Assembly: GCA_036268875.1 (NCBI GenBank)
Contig: DATATI010000034.1
Coordinates: forward strand, 25,875-89,874
DNA length: 64,000 nucleotides
DNA from: Polyangia bacterium
GTDB taxonomy: Bacteria > Myxococcota_A > Polyangia > Fen-1088
Reading direction: 5' to 3'
Part shown: piece after piece, positions 39,669-53,626 of the stretch
Position numbering within the stretch: the first letter of the stretch is position 1
How the letters are laid out: every line of letters starts with the position of its first letter
Program-made: the position numbers and the translations under genes
Notes under the pieces: model-generated
What the model was told of the DNA's origin: nothing
Seen by the model: only the letters and a program-made list of their open reading frames with translations
Databases searched by the model: none

Positions 39669-40733
39669 TCAGCTCTCGTCGGTGTCGCTGTCGTCGGAGA
39701 GATATTCCAGAATCACTTCGTCCAGGCTTTTGTCGGAGACCAGCTCGTTTCCGAACGAGCGCTCGGCGGCAGGCGCGGTGTGGCCGCGGCGATCGATGGG
39801 GGCCACGGGCTGGGCGGCCACGGGCTGGGCGGCCGCGGGTTGCACTGCCACCGGCTGCGGGTCCCAGGTGATTCCAGCGTGGCCGCCCTTGCCGGCGACC
39901 GGGGCCGGCGACGGCGTCATCGCCTGCGGCGAAGCCATGGTGCGGGAGGGCGGACCGTCGCCGCCGTTCGACGACGAGGCCGGCACGTAGCTGCCTTCGC
40001 GAACCACGTACGGAACAGGGGGGCGAATGCGCGCAGGCCGTGTTGGCCCAGGCGTGCCGCCGGGACCGCCGACGCCGATCACCACGTTGCGCTGCACCAC
40101 CACCCCGTCGGCCGAGCTGGACAGCACCACCGGCGGGCGCTTGAGCTCGGCGGGTTTCACCACCGGCTGCGTGACCCGCGGGATCCCTTGCGGACGCGTG
40201 CCGCCCGGTCGGGTGGGCGATCGGCTTTCGCCGCCCCCGCCACCGCCCGGACCGACCATGCCTGAACCCTGCACGACCACCGCGCCGGGCGCGCCATTGC
40301 TGACCGTGACGTGCGAAGAAGCGATGGGCACCGACGGCGGTCGCTGCGTCGACGACGACGGTGATGAGGACGGCGATTGCGTCAGGGCGGGTGCGACGAC
40401 GGGAGCGACCTCTGCCGCCGACGCGTCGGGCAGGATGGCGGGAAGGCCGCGCGACGCGAAGAACGCGGCGATCTTGGCGTCGTGCTCGCCGCGGGTCAGC
40501 TCTTTCATCACCGCCTTGTGCAGGTTCTGCATCTGCGCGCGGACCAGATCTTCGTCGGCCGAGACCTCGTACTCGTGCTTGCGCGTGACCAGGATGGTGC
40601 CTTCGTAAAACAGGTGCGTGAAGACACGCGGGATCACAGGACCCGAGTCCTCGGACTGCACGTGAAAGATCCGGCCGTGATAGCGGACGTTGTGGTTGTA
40701 GCCAACGACCGGGCTACGAAGCGGTTTGGCCAT
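39669..40733 (-). CDS. hypothetical protein: conserved N-terminal 100 aa, Pro/Ala/Val-rich low-complexity middle, acidic C-terminus
   Basis: 354 aa; no domain recognised. Confidence 0.45.
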   Translation of the reverse strand: MAKPLRSPVVGYNHNVRYHGRIFHVQSEDSGPVIPRVFTHLFYEGTILVTRKHEYEVSADEDLVRAQMQNLHKAVMKELTRGEHDAKIAAFFASRGLPAILPDASAAEVAPVVAPALTQSPSSSPSSSTQRPPSVPIASSHVTVSNGAPGAVVVQGSGMVGPGGGGGGESRSPTRPGGTRPQGIPRVTQPVVKPAELKRPPVVLSSSADGVVVQRNVVIGVGGPGGTPGPTRPARIRPPVPYVVREGSYVPASSSNGGDGPPSRTMASPQAMTPSPAPVAGKGGHAGITWDPQPVAVQPAAAQPVAAQPVAPIDRRGHTAPAAERSFGNELVSDKSLDEVILEYLSDDSDTDES

Positions 40734-40822
40734 GAATCCTGCTCATTATATCGTCAAATCGTGGAGAACCTTGTGGAATGGGGCCCGCCAGCTAGAATCC
40801 GGCGCTCCCCTCGGAAGGCATA

Positions 40823-41416
40823 ATGCGACGGGCCAAGATCGAACGAAACACCAACGAGACGCAGATTCAGCTGGCTTTGGGGTTGGACGGCAGTGGCACG
40901 CGCAAGATCGCCACGCCGGTCCCTTTCTTCAACCATATGCTGGAAGCGGTGGCCCGCCACGGGTTTTACGACCTTGAGGTGACGGCCAAAGGCGACGTCG
41001 AGGTCGACGCCCACCACACCGTGGAAGACGTCGGCATCTGCCTCGGCCAGGCCTTTCGCGAGGCGCTCGGTGATCGCAGCGGCATCACTCGCTACGGCGA
41101 CGCGCTTTTGCCGATGGATGAAACGCTGGTGTCGGCGGCGGTCGACTTTGGCGGGCGCGCGGCCTTCGTGTACAAGGCCGACGCCATCCGGGGCAAATGG
41201 ATCGGCACCTTCGACGCCGAGCTGGCCCGCGAATTCTTCGGCGGCTTCGTCGGGGCGGCGCTGTGCAACCTGCACCTGGAAGTGCGCTACGGCGAAAACG
41301 CCCACCACATCGTCGAGGCGCTGTTCAAAGCGTTCGCCCGCGCCACCTCTACCGCTGTCCGCCTGGACCCGCGGGTGGTCGGCGTCCCGTCGACCAAAGG
41401 GACGTTGACCGCCTGA
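40823..41416 (+). CDS. hisB: imidazoleglycerol-phosphate dehydratase
   Basis: ERNTNETQI..., DAHHTVEDVGI, HH motifs of IGPD. Confidence 0.9.
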   Translation: MRRAKIERNTNETQIQLALGLDGSGTRKIATPVPFFNHMLEAVARHGFYDLEVTAKGDVEVDAHHTVEDVGICLGQAFREALGDRSGITRYGDALLPMDETLVSAAVDFGGRAAFVYKADAIRGKWIGTFDAELAREFFGGFVGAALCNLHLEVRYGENAHHIVEALFKAFARATSTAVRLDPRVVGVPSTKGTLTA

Positions 41417-41444
41417 GCGCGGCACGCCGAGGCGAGCACCGATC

Positions 41445-42077
41445 ATGAACGCCCGACCCCGCGTGGCCGTCGCCGACACCGGCAGCGGCAACCTGCGCAG
41501 CGTAGAAAAAGCGCTGGCCGCCGCTGGCGCTGACGTCATCGTCACCACCGACGCCGACCAGGTGGCCGCCGCCGACAAGGTGGTGGTGCCGGGGCAAGGC
41601 GCGTTCGGCGGCTGCGTCGCCGGCCTGTCTCGCCACGGGGGGGCGCTGGGGCAAGCGGTGCGGCAGGCCATCGCCAGCGGCCGACCGTACCTGGGCATCT
41701 GTCTCGGGCTGCAAGTTTTGTTCGAAGGCAGCGAAGAAGATCCCACCTGCCAGGGCCTGGCCGTGCTGCCGGGGCGGGTGCGCCGCTTCGCCGAGACGCC
41801 GGGCCTGAAGATCCCGCACATGGGCTGGAACGCCACGCTGCCGACGCCCACCCAGAACGCGCCGGTGCTGGCGCAGACGCCGCCAGGCACGTTCTTTTAT
41901 TTTGTACACAGCTATTACGCCGACCCGGCGCGGGCCGGCGACGTCGCGCTGCAGACCGAGCACGGCGTGCGTTTCTGCGCGGCCGTGGCCCGCGACAACA
42001 TTTTTGCCTGTCAATTTCACCCGGAGAAAAGCCAGCAGGCCGGCCTCGGCTTGCTGCGCAGCTTCGTCGCTTTGTAA
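41445..42077 (+). CDS. hisH: imidazole glycerol phosphate synthase glutamine amidotransferase subunit
   Basis: Class I GATase: GICLGLQ (Cys nucleophile), HMGWN, FHPEKS. Confidence 0.9.
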   Translation: MNARPRVAVADTGSGNLRSVEKALAAAGADVIVTTDADQVAAADKVVVPGQGAFGGCVAGLSRHGGALGQAVRQAIASGRPYLGICLGLQVLFEGSEEDPTCQGLAVLPGRVRRFAETPGLKIPHMGWNATLPTPTQNAPVLAQTPPGTFFYFVHSYYADPARAGDVALQTEHGVRFCAAVARDNIFACQFHPEKSQQAGLGLLRSFVAL

Positions 42078-42090
42078 GGTTGTCTCGCTG

Positions 42091-42840
42091 ATGCTGATTT
42101 TCCCCGCCATCGATCTGCTGAACGGAAACGCCGTGCGCCTGCAACAAGGACGGCGCGACAGCGCCACCATCTACTCGGCCGAGCCGTGGGAGGTGGCGCG
42201 TAGCTGGTCGGGGCTGGGCGTGCCGCGCGTACACGTCGTCGACCTGGACGCCGCCTTCGCCCGCCGCGACGGCAGCGACGCCAACAACCGCGCCACCATC
42301 AAGAAGATCGTCGCCGCCGCCGGCGTCGACGTCGAGGTGGGCGGCGGCGTGCGCTCGCTCGAGGACTGCGGCAAGCTTTTCGACGTGGGCGTCAAGTACG
42401 TGGTGCTGGGAACAGCGGCCATCAAGGACCCGGCCTTCGTCGCCGCCGCCTGCGCGCACTATCCGCAGCGCATGGTGATCGCCGTGGACGCGCGCGCCGG
42501 CAAGGTCTCCGTCGAAGGATGGACCGAGGACACCGCCCGCGACGCCCTGGAGATCGGCGCCGAGGTGGCGCGGGCCGGCGCCGGCGCCGTGCTGTACACC
42601 GACATCGGTCGCGACGGCATGCGCACCGGGCCCAATCTGGAGGCGACGGCGCGCCTCGGCCGCCACATCGCCCCCTGCCCGGTGATCGCCTCGGGCGGCG
42701 TGTCGCGGCTGGACGACATTGACATGCTGATCAGCACCGGCGCCTCCGCCGTGGTGATCGGCAAGGCCCTGTATGAAGGCGTCTTCACCGTCGCAGAGGC
42801 GCTGGCCCGGGCGAAACGCCCGGCGGGAGCCCCGTTGTAA
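42091..42840 (+). CDS. hisA: 1-(5-phosphoribosyl)-5-[(5-phosphoribosylamino)methylideneamino]imidazole-4-carboxamide isomerase
   Basis: MLIFPAIDLLNGNAVRL..., (beta/alpha)8 HisA pattern; start at MLIFP (track 41902 is extension). Confidence 0.9.
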   Translation: MLIFPAIDLLNGNAVRLQQGRRDSATIYSAEPWEVARSWSGLGVPRVHVVDLDAAFARRDGSDANNRATIKKIVAAAGVDVEVGGGVRSLEDCGKLFDVGVKYVVLGTAAIKDPAFVAAACAHYPQRMVIAVDARAGKVSVEGWTEDTARDALEIGAEVARAGAGAVLYTDIGRDGMRTGPNLEATARLGRHIAPCPVIASGGVSRLDDIDMLISTGASAVVIGKALYEGVFTVAEALARAKRPAGAPL

Positions 42841-43618
<778 letters not shown>

Positions 43619-43632
<14 letters not shown>

Positions 43633-44322
43633 CGACGACCGCACCATCGCCACGTTCATGGACGCCGTCCGCTTCGACGCCGACGGCCTGGTGCCGGTGA
43701 TCGCCCAGGAACGGGCCACCGGCACCGTGCGCATGATGGCCTGGGCCAACCGCGAGGCCTTGCAGCGAACGATGGCCACCGGCCTGGCGCATTTTTATAG
43801 CCGCACCCGAAAGATGCTGTGGCAGAAGGGCGAAAGTTCGGGCCACAGCTTGGCAGTGCGGGCACTGCGCCTCGACTGCGACGGCGACGTGGTGCTGGCC
43901 ACCGTCGATCCGATCGGGCCGTCCTGTCACACCGGCGCCACCTCATGTTTCTTTCGCCTGCGCGCCAGCGACGGCGGCATCATCGTCAGCGATCGGCCCG
44001 ACGATCCGCCGCCAGTGATCGTCGAGCGGGTGGCGGCGGTGATCGGCAAGCGGCGCCAGGAACGCCCGGAGAAAAGTTACGTGGTGTCGTTGCTGGACGC
44101 CGGCTTTCCCAAGATCGCCGCCAAGATCACCGAAGAAGCGCGCGAATTGTGCGAGGCGCTGCCGGCGGGCGACGCTGGCCACACCGCGCACGAAGCTGCC
44201 GACCTGATCTTTCACACGCTGGTAGGACTGGAGGCGGCGGGCGTCACCGTCGATGCCGTGTTCGCCGAGCTGGGCCGGCGCTTCGGGATCTCCGGCATCG
44301 ACGAGAAGGCGAGCCGGAAAAA

Positions 44323-44326
<4 letters not shown>
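43619..44326 (+). CDS. hisIE: bifunctional phosphoribosyl-AMP cyclohydrolase / phosphoribosyl-ATP pyrophosphatase
   Basis: HisI (VPVIAQE...MMAWAN...[10 protein letters not shown]) fused to HisE ([12 protein letters not shown]...EEARELCEA); start at MPAADDD. Confidence 0.85.
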
Positions 44327-46934
<2,608 letters not shown>

Positions 46935-47153
46935 TCAGCGGTCGGCCGGCTCAGCGGCCAGCGCCAGCGCCAGCGCCGATATCTCGGCGCAATCCAGCAG
47001 CCGCGCGGTCACCGCGGACGCCGACAGGTCGACCAAAGATTGATCGCCATCGGCGGGCGCCTCCGCCGACAACCGCGCCAGGGTCCGCAATCGATCGTCG
47101 ATCTGCGCGGCGCTGGCGACGGTCCCCTCCGCGCCGGGTTCAGGGCTTGTCAC
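46935..47153 (-). CDS. small hypothetical protein (possible partner of upstream nucleotidyltransferase-like gene)
   Basis: 72-aa ORF, 14-nt overlap with upstream gene; weak. Confidence 0.2.
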   Translation of the reverse strand: MTSPEPGAEGTVASAAQIDDRLRTLARLSAEAPADGDQSLVDLSASAVTARLLDCAEISALALALAAEPADR

Positions 47154-47607
47154 GGCGCCCCTCCAGCTTGGCCAGCGATTGAATGTCGACCAGATCCTGC
47201 GGACGACCGGCGGTGAGCTTCAACGTGATCAGATCCTCGCGCGACACCACCCAGATGTCGCCTTCGCGCCAGGACAGTTTCTGGCGCCGCGCCCAGAGGG
47301 GCTCCAGCGCGCCTTCGGCCCACAGGAAGTCCAGCATTAGCGGTCGCCCATCCACCAGCTTGCTGAAGCGCTGCACCTCGACGCCGCTGGAAAACTCCAT
47401 CGGCAGCGCTTCAAAGAGGTATCCAATCCGTCGCACCGCCACCCGCACCTTCGGCGCGTCGGCCTTGCGGGCCAGCAGATCCAGATCCTTGGTGGCGCGA
47501 GGGACGCCGTGAACCGCCAGCGCCAGCGCGCCGCACAAGGCGTAGTCGACGCCGGTGCCGCTCAGCCCGTCGACGACCGCCGCCAGCTCTGCGTAGAGAT
47601 CAATCAC
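47140..47607 (-). CDS. nucleotidyltransferase-like domain protein, function unknown
   Basis: GVDYALCGALALAVHGVPRATKDLDLL resembles minimal nucleotidyltransferase fold; tentative. Confidence 0.4.
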   Translation of the reverse strand: MIDLYAELAAVVDGLSGTGVDYALCGALALAVHGVPRATKDLDLLARKADAPKVRVAVRRIGYLFEALPMEFSSGVEVQRFSKLVDGRPLMLDFLWAEGALEPLWARRQKLSWREGDIWVVSREDLITLKLTAGRPQDLVDIQSLAKLEGRRDKP

Positions 47608-47643
47608 GGCTTGCCGATGCTACCACTGGCGGTCGCCCGGCCG

Positions 47644-48444
47644 TCAGTGCAGCAAAGCCTGCAGCAGCATGGTCAGCAGAAACCCCAGCGCCACGCCCGA
47701 CGAGGCCGTGCCCTCGTGGCCGTGGCTGTGCGATTCGGGGATGATCTCGTTCGAGGTGATGAAGATCAGCGTGCCGGCCGCCAGAGCCAACACGAACGGC
47801 ATGGCCAGCGTGGCGGTGCTGGCCAGCAGCTGACCGACCAGCGCGCCCAGCGGAATCGCCAATCCGGTCAACGTCACCGTCAGCAACGCGCGCCCCGGCG
47901 ACAGGCCGCCCTGGCGCAGCGGCGCCGCCATCACCACGCCCTCGCAGGCGTTTTGAATGCCGACGGCGATGGCCAGCAACCAGCCGAGGTGGGTGCCGCC
48001 GTCCAGGGCGAAGCCGGCGCCGATGGCCAGCCCCTCGGGCACGCGGTGCAGGCTCAAGGCGCCGACGACGGCATAGCCACGGCGCACTTCGTGCTGGGGA
48101 TCGTGATGATCGTGGCCGGGTTCATGGCCGAGGTGCTGGTGGTGGCCGCCGGCGTGGCGGTGCGGGATGAAACGATCCATCGTCGCCGCCACGCCCACCC
48201 CGGCCACAAAACCGAGGATGATCAACACCAGGCGGCCAAGCTCGATGCCCTCGGGCGTGTGCAGATGCGACAGCGCCTCGCCCAGCAGGCCCAGGGTCGC
48301 CGCCGCCAGCATCAAACCGGCGCCCAGTCCCAGGATGCCGTCATAGGCGCGGCGGGGCAGCGCCTGCACGAACAGAAACGGGATGGCGCCCAGACCGGTG
48401 GCCAAACCCGTCAGCGAAGCGGCCAGCAGGGCGGTGCCCATCAA
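47644..48444 (-). CDS. ZIP family metal (Zn/Fe) transporter, ZupT-like
   Basis: 8 TM pattern, His-rich loop HRHAGGHHQHLGHEPGHDHHDPQHE, HRVPEGLAIG motif. Confidence 0.8.
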   Translation of the reverse strand: MMGTALLAASLTGLATGLGAIPFLFVQALPRRAYDGILGLGAGLMLAAATLGLLGEALSHLHTPEGIELGRLVLIILGFVAGVGVAATMDRFIPHRHAGGHHQHLGHEPGHDHHDPQHEVRRGYAVVGALSLHRVPEGLAIGAGFALDGGTHLGWLLAIAVGIQNACEGVVMAAPLRQGGLSPGRALLTVTLTGLAIPLGALVGQLLASTATLAMPFVLALAAGTLIFITSNEIIPESHSHGHEGTASSGVALGFLLTMLLQALLH

Positions 48445-48594
48445 CGGACGTTTCTACACCATTTGTTTCGTCATTCACGGGAGAACTGCTGCGGCCGGTG
48501 GGAGCGACGCCCGGCGGCGGCGAAAGAAATCGACCACGCGGCTTGGCCATAATCGCCGCTGCACGAACCCGCCATCGGTGAAGAATAGGCCGCT

Positions 48595-49092
48595 GTGAGC
48601 CTGACCACCGTGTACCTGGCCTTGGGTTCGAACCAGGGCGACCGACGCGCCTATCTGGAGGCGGGTGTTGAGGCGTTGCTGGCCAGCGGCCTCATCATCA
48701 CTGCGCGTTCGTCCATCTACGAAACCGACGCCGTCGCCGATCATCCGCAGCCGGCGTACTTGAATCAGGTGATCTGCGCCCGCACCACGCTGTCACCGAA
48801 AGCATTGCTGGCGGCGTGCCTGAGCATCGAAGCCGCCCAGGGCCGCACGCGCGATCCGGCGCAGCCCAAGGCCGCGCGCACCCTGGACATCGACATCCTG
48901 CTTTACGGCGATCGGGTGATTCGCGGCCCGACGCTGACCATCCCCCACCCCGCCATGCCCGAACGCGGTTTCGTGCGCATCCCGCTGGCCGAAATCGCCG
49001 CCCCGGGGTTGCGACACCCGGTCACGCGGCAAAGGCTGGATCGCGCGCCGTCGGATCCGACTGTGCGGCTAGCGGCCCACGACGGACATTGA
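48595..49092 (+). CDS. folK: 2-amino-4-hydroxy-6-hydroxymethyldihydropteridine diphosphokinase
   Basis: VYLALGSNQGDR..., LDIDIL, PHP motifs of HPPK; GTG start. Confidence 0.85.
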   Translation: MSLTTVYLALGSNQGDRRAYLEAGVEALLASGLIITARSSIYETDAVADHPQPAYLNQVICARTTLSPKALLAACLSIEAAQGRTRDPAQPKAARTLDIDILLYGDRVIRGPTLTIPHPAMPERGFVRIPLAEIAAPGLRHPVTRQRLDRAPSDPTVRLAAHDGH

Positions 49093-49173
49093 AGCAAGCA
49101 TTCGTCACATCTTCGCCAGGTAACCCGGTTACGCGTGGGCGATGGGAGCGGCTTGATTGAACGGCCGGCTGAC

Positions 49174-50121
<948 letters not shown>

Positions 50122-50265
50122 GTCGGCCCAATGGATACACGGTGGCGCCCGGTTTTGCAAAACCGCGGGCGAATATCCAGCCTGCCCCGCAGCGGTTCTC
50201 CGTCGGAGGCCCCGGCAGGGGCGCGGCGCGAAACCTGTGTTACGATTTCGCCTCAGGAGGCACGA

Positions 50266-50628
50266 ATGCCGTCAGAAGCGGACTCCCGAGGGGTTTTTCC
50301 CATCGACGGCGATCGTCGAACGGGCCCCCGCATCCCCCTCGAGATGTGGGTCGAGGAGACCACCGACCACGAACGGTATTACCGGCGCGCCGGCGATCTG
50401 TCGCGCGGCGGCCTCCGCCTGGACCACACCATCCCGTTGCCGGTGGGAACGGTCGTCAACCTGACGTTCACGTTGCCGGGTGATTCTTCGCCGGTGACGG
50501 TGATGGGCGAAATTGTCTCCAACGCCGGGCCGGAGATCCTGCGCATGGGCGTCAAGTTCGTCAACGCCAGCGACGAGGCGCGGACCAAAATCGACTCTTA
50601 TTTGGCGCGCGTGGGCGTCTCGGTTTAA
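50266..50628 (+). CDS. PilZ domain protein
   Basis: RxxxR...(D/N)xSxxG-like pattern ([12 protein letters not shown]...[10 protein letters not shown]); ATG at 50266 within longer track ORF. Confidence 0.6.
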   Translation: MPSEADSRGVFPIDGDRRTGPRIPLEMWVEETTDHERYYRRAGDLSRGGLRLDHTIPLPVGTVVNLTFTLPGDSSPVTVMGEIVSNAGPEILRMGVKFVNASDEARTKIDSYLARVGVSV

Positions 50629-50640
50629 GACAGACGTCTG

Positions 50641-51885
50641 ATGGTGAACGCCCCCAGCGCGGCGCGGACGGCTTTGCTGGCGCTGGCCGGTCTGCCGCTG
50701 GTGATCGGCTTGGGGGCGCCGGTCGCGGCGGCGCCGCCGCCCAAGATTCAGGGTCCGCCCCTGCAGTCGCCCGCGCACACCCTGAAGCCGGCCGACGGTT
50801 ACTACGACGATTCGTTCACGCTGGATCCGAACGGCCAGCGCCTGGCGGTGATTCGCACCGACGGCGCCACGTTCTCGACCATCGAGATCATCGACCTCGG
50901 CACCGGCAAGGTGCAAAGCAGCGTCGACCTGGGCAAGAGCGATCAACAGCCAGAGAGCGTCGAGCTTTTGCCCGACGGAAAAAGTGTCCTTCTGGTGGTG
51001 CGCGACGGCCTGACCGATCGGGTGTGGGCGTCGGTGTTCGACGAGGGCGGGCACCCGGTGGCCAAGACCACCATGCACTCGGCGTTCGGGCGGGCGGCGT
51101 TGCCGGATGGCAAGGACGGCACCGAAGCGGCCCTGGTCGGTCTGGACCAGCACGGCGGCGGCATCGACAGTCTGGCCACCGGCGCGGACACCAATTACAC
51201 CGTCGCCGCCTACCGCCTGACCAACCTGGCGCCTATCGGCAAACCGCGCAGCTTTCGCATCGGCGTCGACAAAGAATTGAAAGGCACGGACATCAAGGTG
51301 GCCGGCTTCGCCGACGGGTACACCCACCTCATCGGCCAGCGCGCCGGCGCCTACGACAAAAAGCAGGATTTTCGCCGCCCCAGCCGCATCGTCGTCTTCG
51401 ACACGCTGGCGGGCAAAGTGGCGTCCGAACGCGAGATCGAAGACGTGTACGCCTGGACCCGGGCCGCCGCGCTGCTTGACCGTCAACCGAACCGCACCGC
51501 CCTGGCCCAGCTGACCGCCGACCACGACGGCGTGCAGGTCATCGATCCCAGCGGCAAGATCACGCCGCTGACTTTGGCGGTGCCGTTCCGGCTTTATGAC
51601 AACACGTCGCTGAAAGATCAGGAGGGCCCCGAGCCGGCCACATTGTACGTCAGCCTGGCGATCGATCCGGTCAACCCCGACGCCATCGCCCGCCAGAAGA
51701 CGGACACGCCGGCCTTGGATCTTTACGCCGTCGATCTCAACAACCACAAGACGCGACACCGGGCGCGCATCCTGCTGACGCGGCCGGTGCTGTGGAAGGC
51801 CGGCAACGGGAAGCTGGTGGTGTTAAAGCGGTTCAAGAGCTTCCCCCGGGGTGGCGATGAACTGGATATTTACGACCTCCGGTGA
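50641..51885 (+). CDS. secreted hypothetical protein (beta-rich)
   Basis: Signal peptide; no recognisable catalytic motifs. Confidence 0.5.
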   Translation: MVNAPSAARTALLALAGLPLVIGLGAPVAAAPPPKIQGPPLQSPAHTLKPADGYYDDSFTLDPNGQRLAVIRTDGATFSTIEIIDLGTGKVQSSVDLGKSDQQPESVELLPDGKSVLLVVRDGLTDRVWASVFDEGGHPVAKTTMHSAFGRAALPDGKDGTEAALVGLDQHGGGIDSLATGADTNYTVAAYRLTNLAPIGKPRSFRIGVDKELKGTDIKVAGFADGYTHLIGQRAGAYDKKQDFRRPSRIVVFDTLAGKVASEREIEDVYAWTRAAALLDRQPNRTALAQLTADHDGVQVIDPSGKITPLTLAVPFRLYDNTSLKDQEGPEPATLYVSLAIDPVNPDAIARQKTDTPALDLYAVDLNNHKTRHRARILLTRPVLWKAGNGKLVVLKRFKSFPRGGDELDIYDLR

Positions 51886-52831
51886 TCGTTCGCTCTCGTC
51901 GCGCCCGCTGCTGGCGGCGACGGCGCTGCTGATGGTGGCGGCGTCGGCGTCCGGCTGTCGGGCGGTGCGCGGGCGCAAGATGATCCAGGACGCCAACGAT
52001 CTTTATAAACATGGCAAATACCAGGAGGCCGTGGCGCTGTTCAGCGAAGCGGAAAAGCTGGTGCCCGACCTGCCGGTGCTGTGGCTGAACAAAGGGTACA
52101 CCTGCCGCCAGCTGGTCATCCCCGGCGCGCGCGGCGACGACAACCGCCAGGCGGCCGACTGCGCGCTTGCCGCCTTCGCGAAATTGAAAAAGCTGCGGCC
52201 GGAAGATCCGCGCGGCGATCAGCTGTACGTGCAGACCCTGTTCGACGCCGACGATCTGCCGGCGCTGGAGCGGCTGTTTCTGGAACGCAGCAGAAATCAG
52301 CCCGACGACCTGGACGCCGTGCGCGGCCTGCAGGAGGTTTATTACAAAAGCGGCAAGTGGCCGGCGGCGCTGCAGTGGTCGCGCAAGGCGGCGGCGCTGC
52401 GCCCGACCGACGCCGAAGCCCAGTACGGCGTGGGCACCTTCATCTGGCAGGTGCTGTCGTCGCGCGGGGGTGGCGCCGAGATGGTGTCTTTTGATCCCCG
52501 TCCGAAAATCGACCAGGACGTTGCGCCGGTGCCCCGCAAACGTGGCGCCACTGCGGAACCGGTGATGCGCACGCCGCCGCCACCGCCGACCGCTGCCAAC
52601 GACATCACCGGCGGCCTGCGCGTCGAACTGGCCGACGAAGGCATCGCCTACCTGCAAAAAGCTCTGGTGCTGCGCCCGCGCTATTCGGAGGCGATGACCT
52701 ATCTGGGTCTATTGGAACGGCAGAAGTCCTTCGCTTTCTTCGCCGACCCGGCGCAGTGGCAGGCGGCGGTCGATCGCTCGCGCGACTGGCAGGAAAAAGC
52801 CAGCGCCGCGCGCAGTGGAGGAAAACCCTAG
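51851..52831 (+). CDS. TPR-repeat lipoprotein, first gene of TonB/Exb cluster
   Basis: Lipobox ASASGC; TPR-like helices (YKHGKYQEAVALFSEA...); true start probably internal. Confidence 0.55.
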   Translation: MAMNWIFTTSGDRSLSSRPLLAATALLMVAASASGCRAVRGRKMIQDANDLYKHGKYQEAVALFSEAEKLVPDLPVLWLNKGYTCRQLVIPGARGDDNRQAADCALAAFAKLKKLRPEDPRGDQLYVQTLFDADDLPALERLFLERSRNQPDDLDAVRGLQEVYYKSGKWPAALQWSRKAAALRPTDAEAQYGVGTFIWQVLSSRGGGAEMVSFDPRPKIDQDVAPVPRKRGATAEPVMRTPPPPPTAANDITGGLRVELADEGIAYLQKALVLRPRYSEAMTYLGLLERQKSFAFFADPAQWQAAVDRSRDWQEKASAARSGGKP

Positions 52832-52834
52832 GCC

Positions 52835-53611
52835 ATGGCCTTCGAAGCGTTCCTGACCCAGGACCGGTCCAAGCCCACCGGCCGGCGGCGGCTGACTTAC
52901 ACGCTGTCGTTGCTGGCCCACGGCGCGGTGGTGCTGGTGGGCGTGGTCTATTCATTCTGGCACGTCGAGGAGCTGTCGCCGCCGACGGTACGGGTGACCT
53001 TCCTGGCGGCCATGCCGCCACCGCCGCCGCCACCGCCCCCCGCTGGCAATGGCGGGGCGAAGAAGAAGGTCACCAGCAAACCGAAGCCCGCGGTGACGCC
53101 CACGCTGGTGCAGCCGAAGGCGCCCCTGGTGCAGCCGAAAGAGAAACCCGAACCCGAAACCAAAAAAGATCCGCCCAAGACCGAGCCAAAGAAGACCGAC
53201 GACGACGACGACGCCTTGCCGGGCGGCGTGGTGGGCGGCGCCAGGGGTGGCGTGGTCGGCGGAACCATCGGCGGCACCGTCGGTGGCGTGGTGGGCGGGG
53301 CCATCGACGCCGCCCCGACGGCGGCCAAGGTGCTGCCGCCGATGATGGGCAAGAAGCAAAAGATATCGGGCGACGAGCCGGTGTTCCCGGTGGCGCTGCG
53401 CAAGGCCGGAGTGGTGCACGTGGTGATGGCGAAGATCTGCGTTTCGAAGACCGGCTCCCTGGATGGCGTCACCATCATGAAGAAGGCCGATCCCGAGCTG
53501 GACGCCAACGTGGTGAGCGCGGTCAAGACCTGGCGGCACAACCCACTACTGGCGAACAACACGCCGGTGCCGTTCTGTTACTTCGAGCGTTTCGAGTTCA
53601 AGGCGGATTAA
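52835..53611 (+). CDS. TonB family energy transducer
   Basis: N-terminal TM anchor, Pro-rich spacer (PPPPPPPPP, KP/EP repeats), C-terminal TonB domain. Confidence 0.75.
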   Translation: MAFEAFLTQDRSKPTGRRRLTYTLSLLAHGAVVLVGVVYSFWHVEELSPPTVRVTFLAAMPPPPPPPPPAGNGGAKKKVTSKPKPAVTPTLVQPKAPLVQPKEKPEPETKKDPPKTEPKKTDDDDDALPGGVVGGARGGVVGGTIGGTVGGVVGGAIDAAPTAAKVLPPMMGKKQKISGDEPVFPVALRKAGVVHVVMAKICVSKTGSLDGVTIMKKADPELDANVVSAVKTWRHNPLLANNTPVPFCYFERFEFKAD

Positions 53612-53626
53612 CGGAGGGAGCGAGCG

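Noticed and set aside
41349-42666. Several 270-370-aa minus-strand ORFs across the his genes
   Set aside because: Antisense to hisH/hisA, which have strong family signatures.
43819-44322. 5' extension of the helicase ORF (track start 43819)
   Set aside because: Runs through hisIE in another frame; the true start is the ATG at 44323 overlapping the hisIE stop.
49117-49129. GTAACC-c-GGTTAC palindrome
   Set aside because: Lies between convergent gene ends (folK and the UXS gene); no adjacent promoter; likely a chance palindrome or minor hairpin.
50272-51759. 495-aa minus-strand ORF
   Set aside because: Antisense to the PilZ gene and the secreted hypothetical; no features; shadow ORF.
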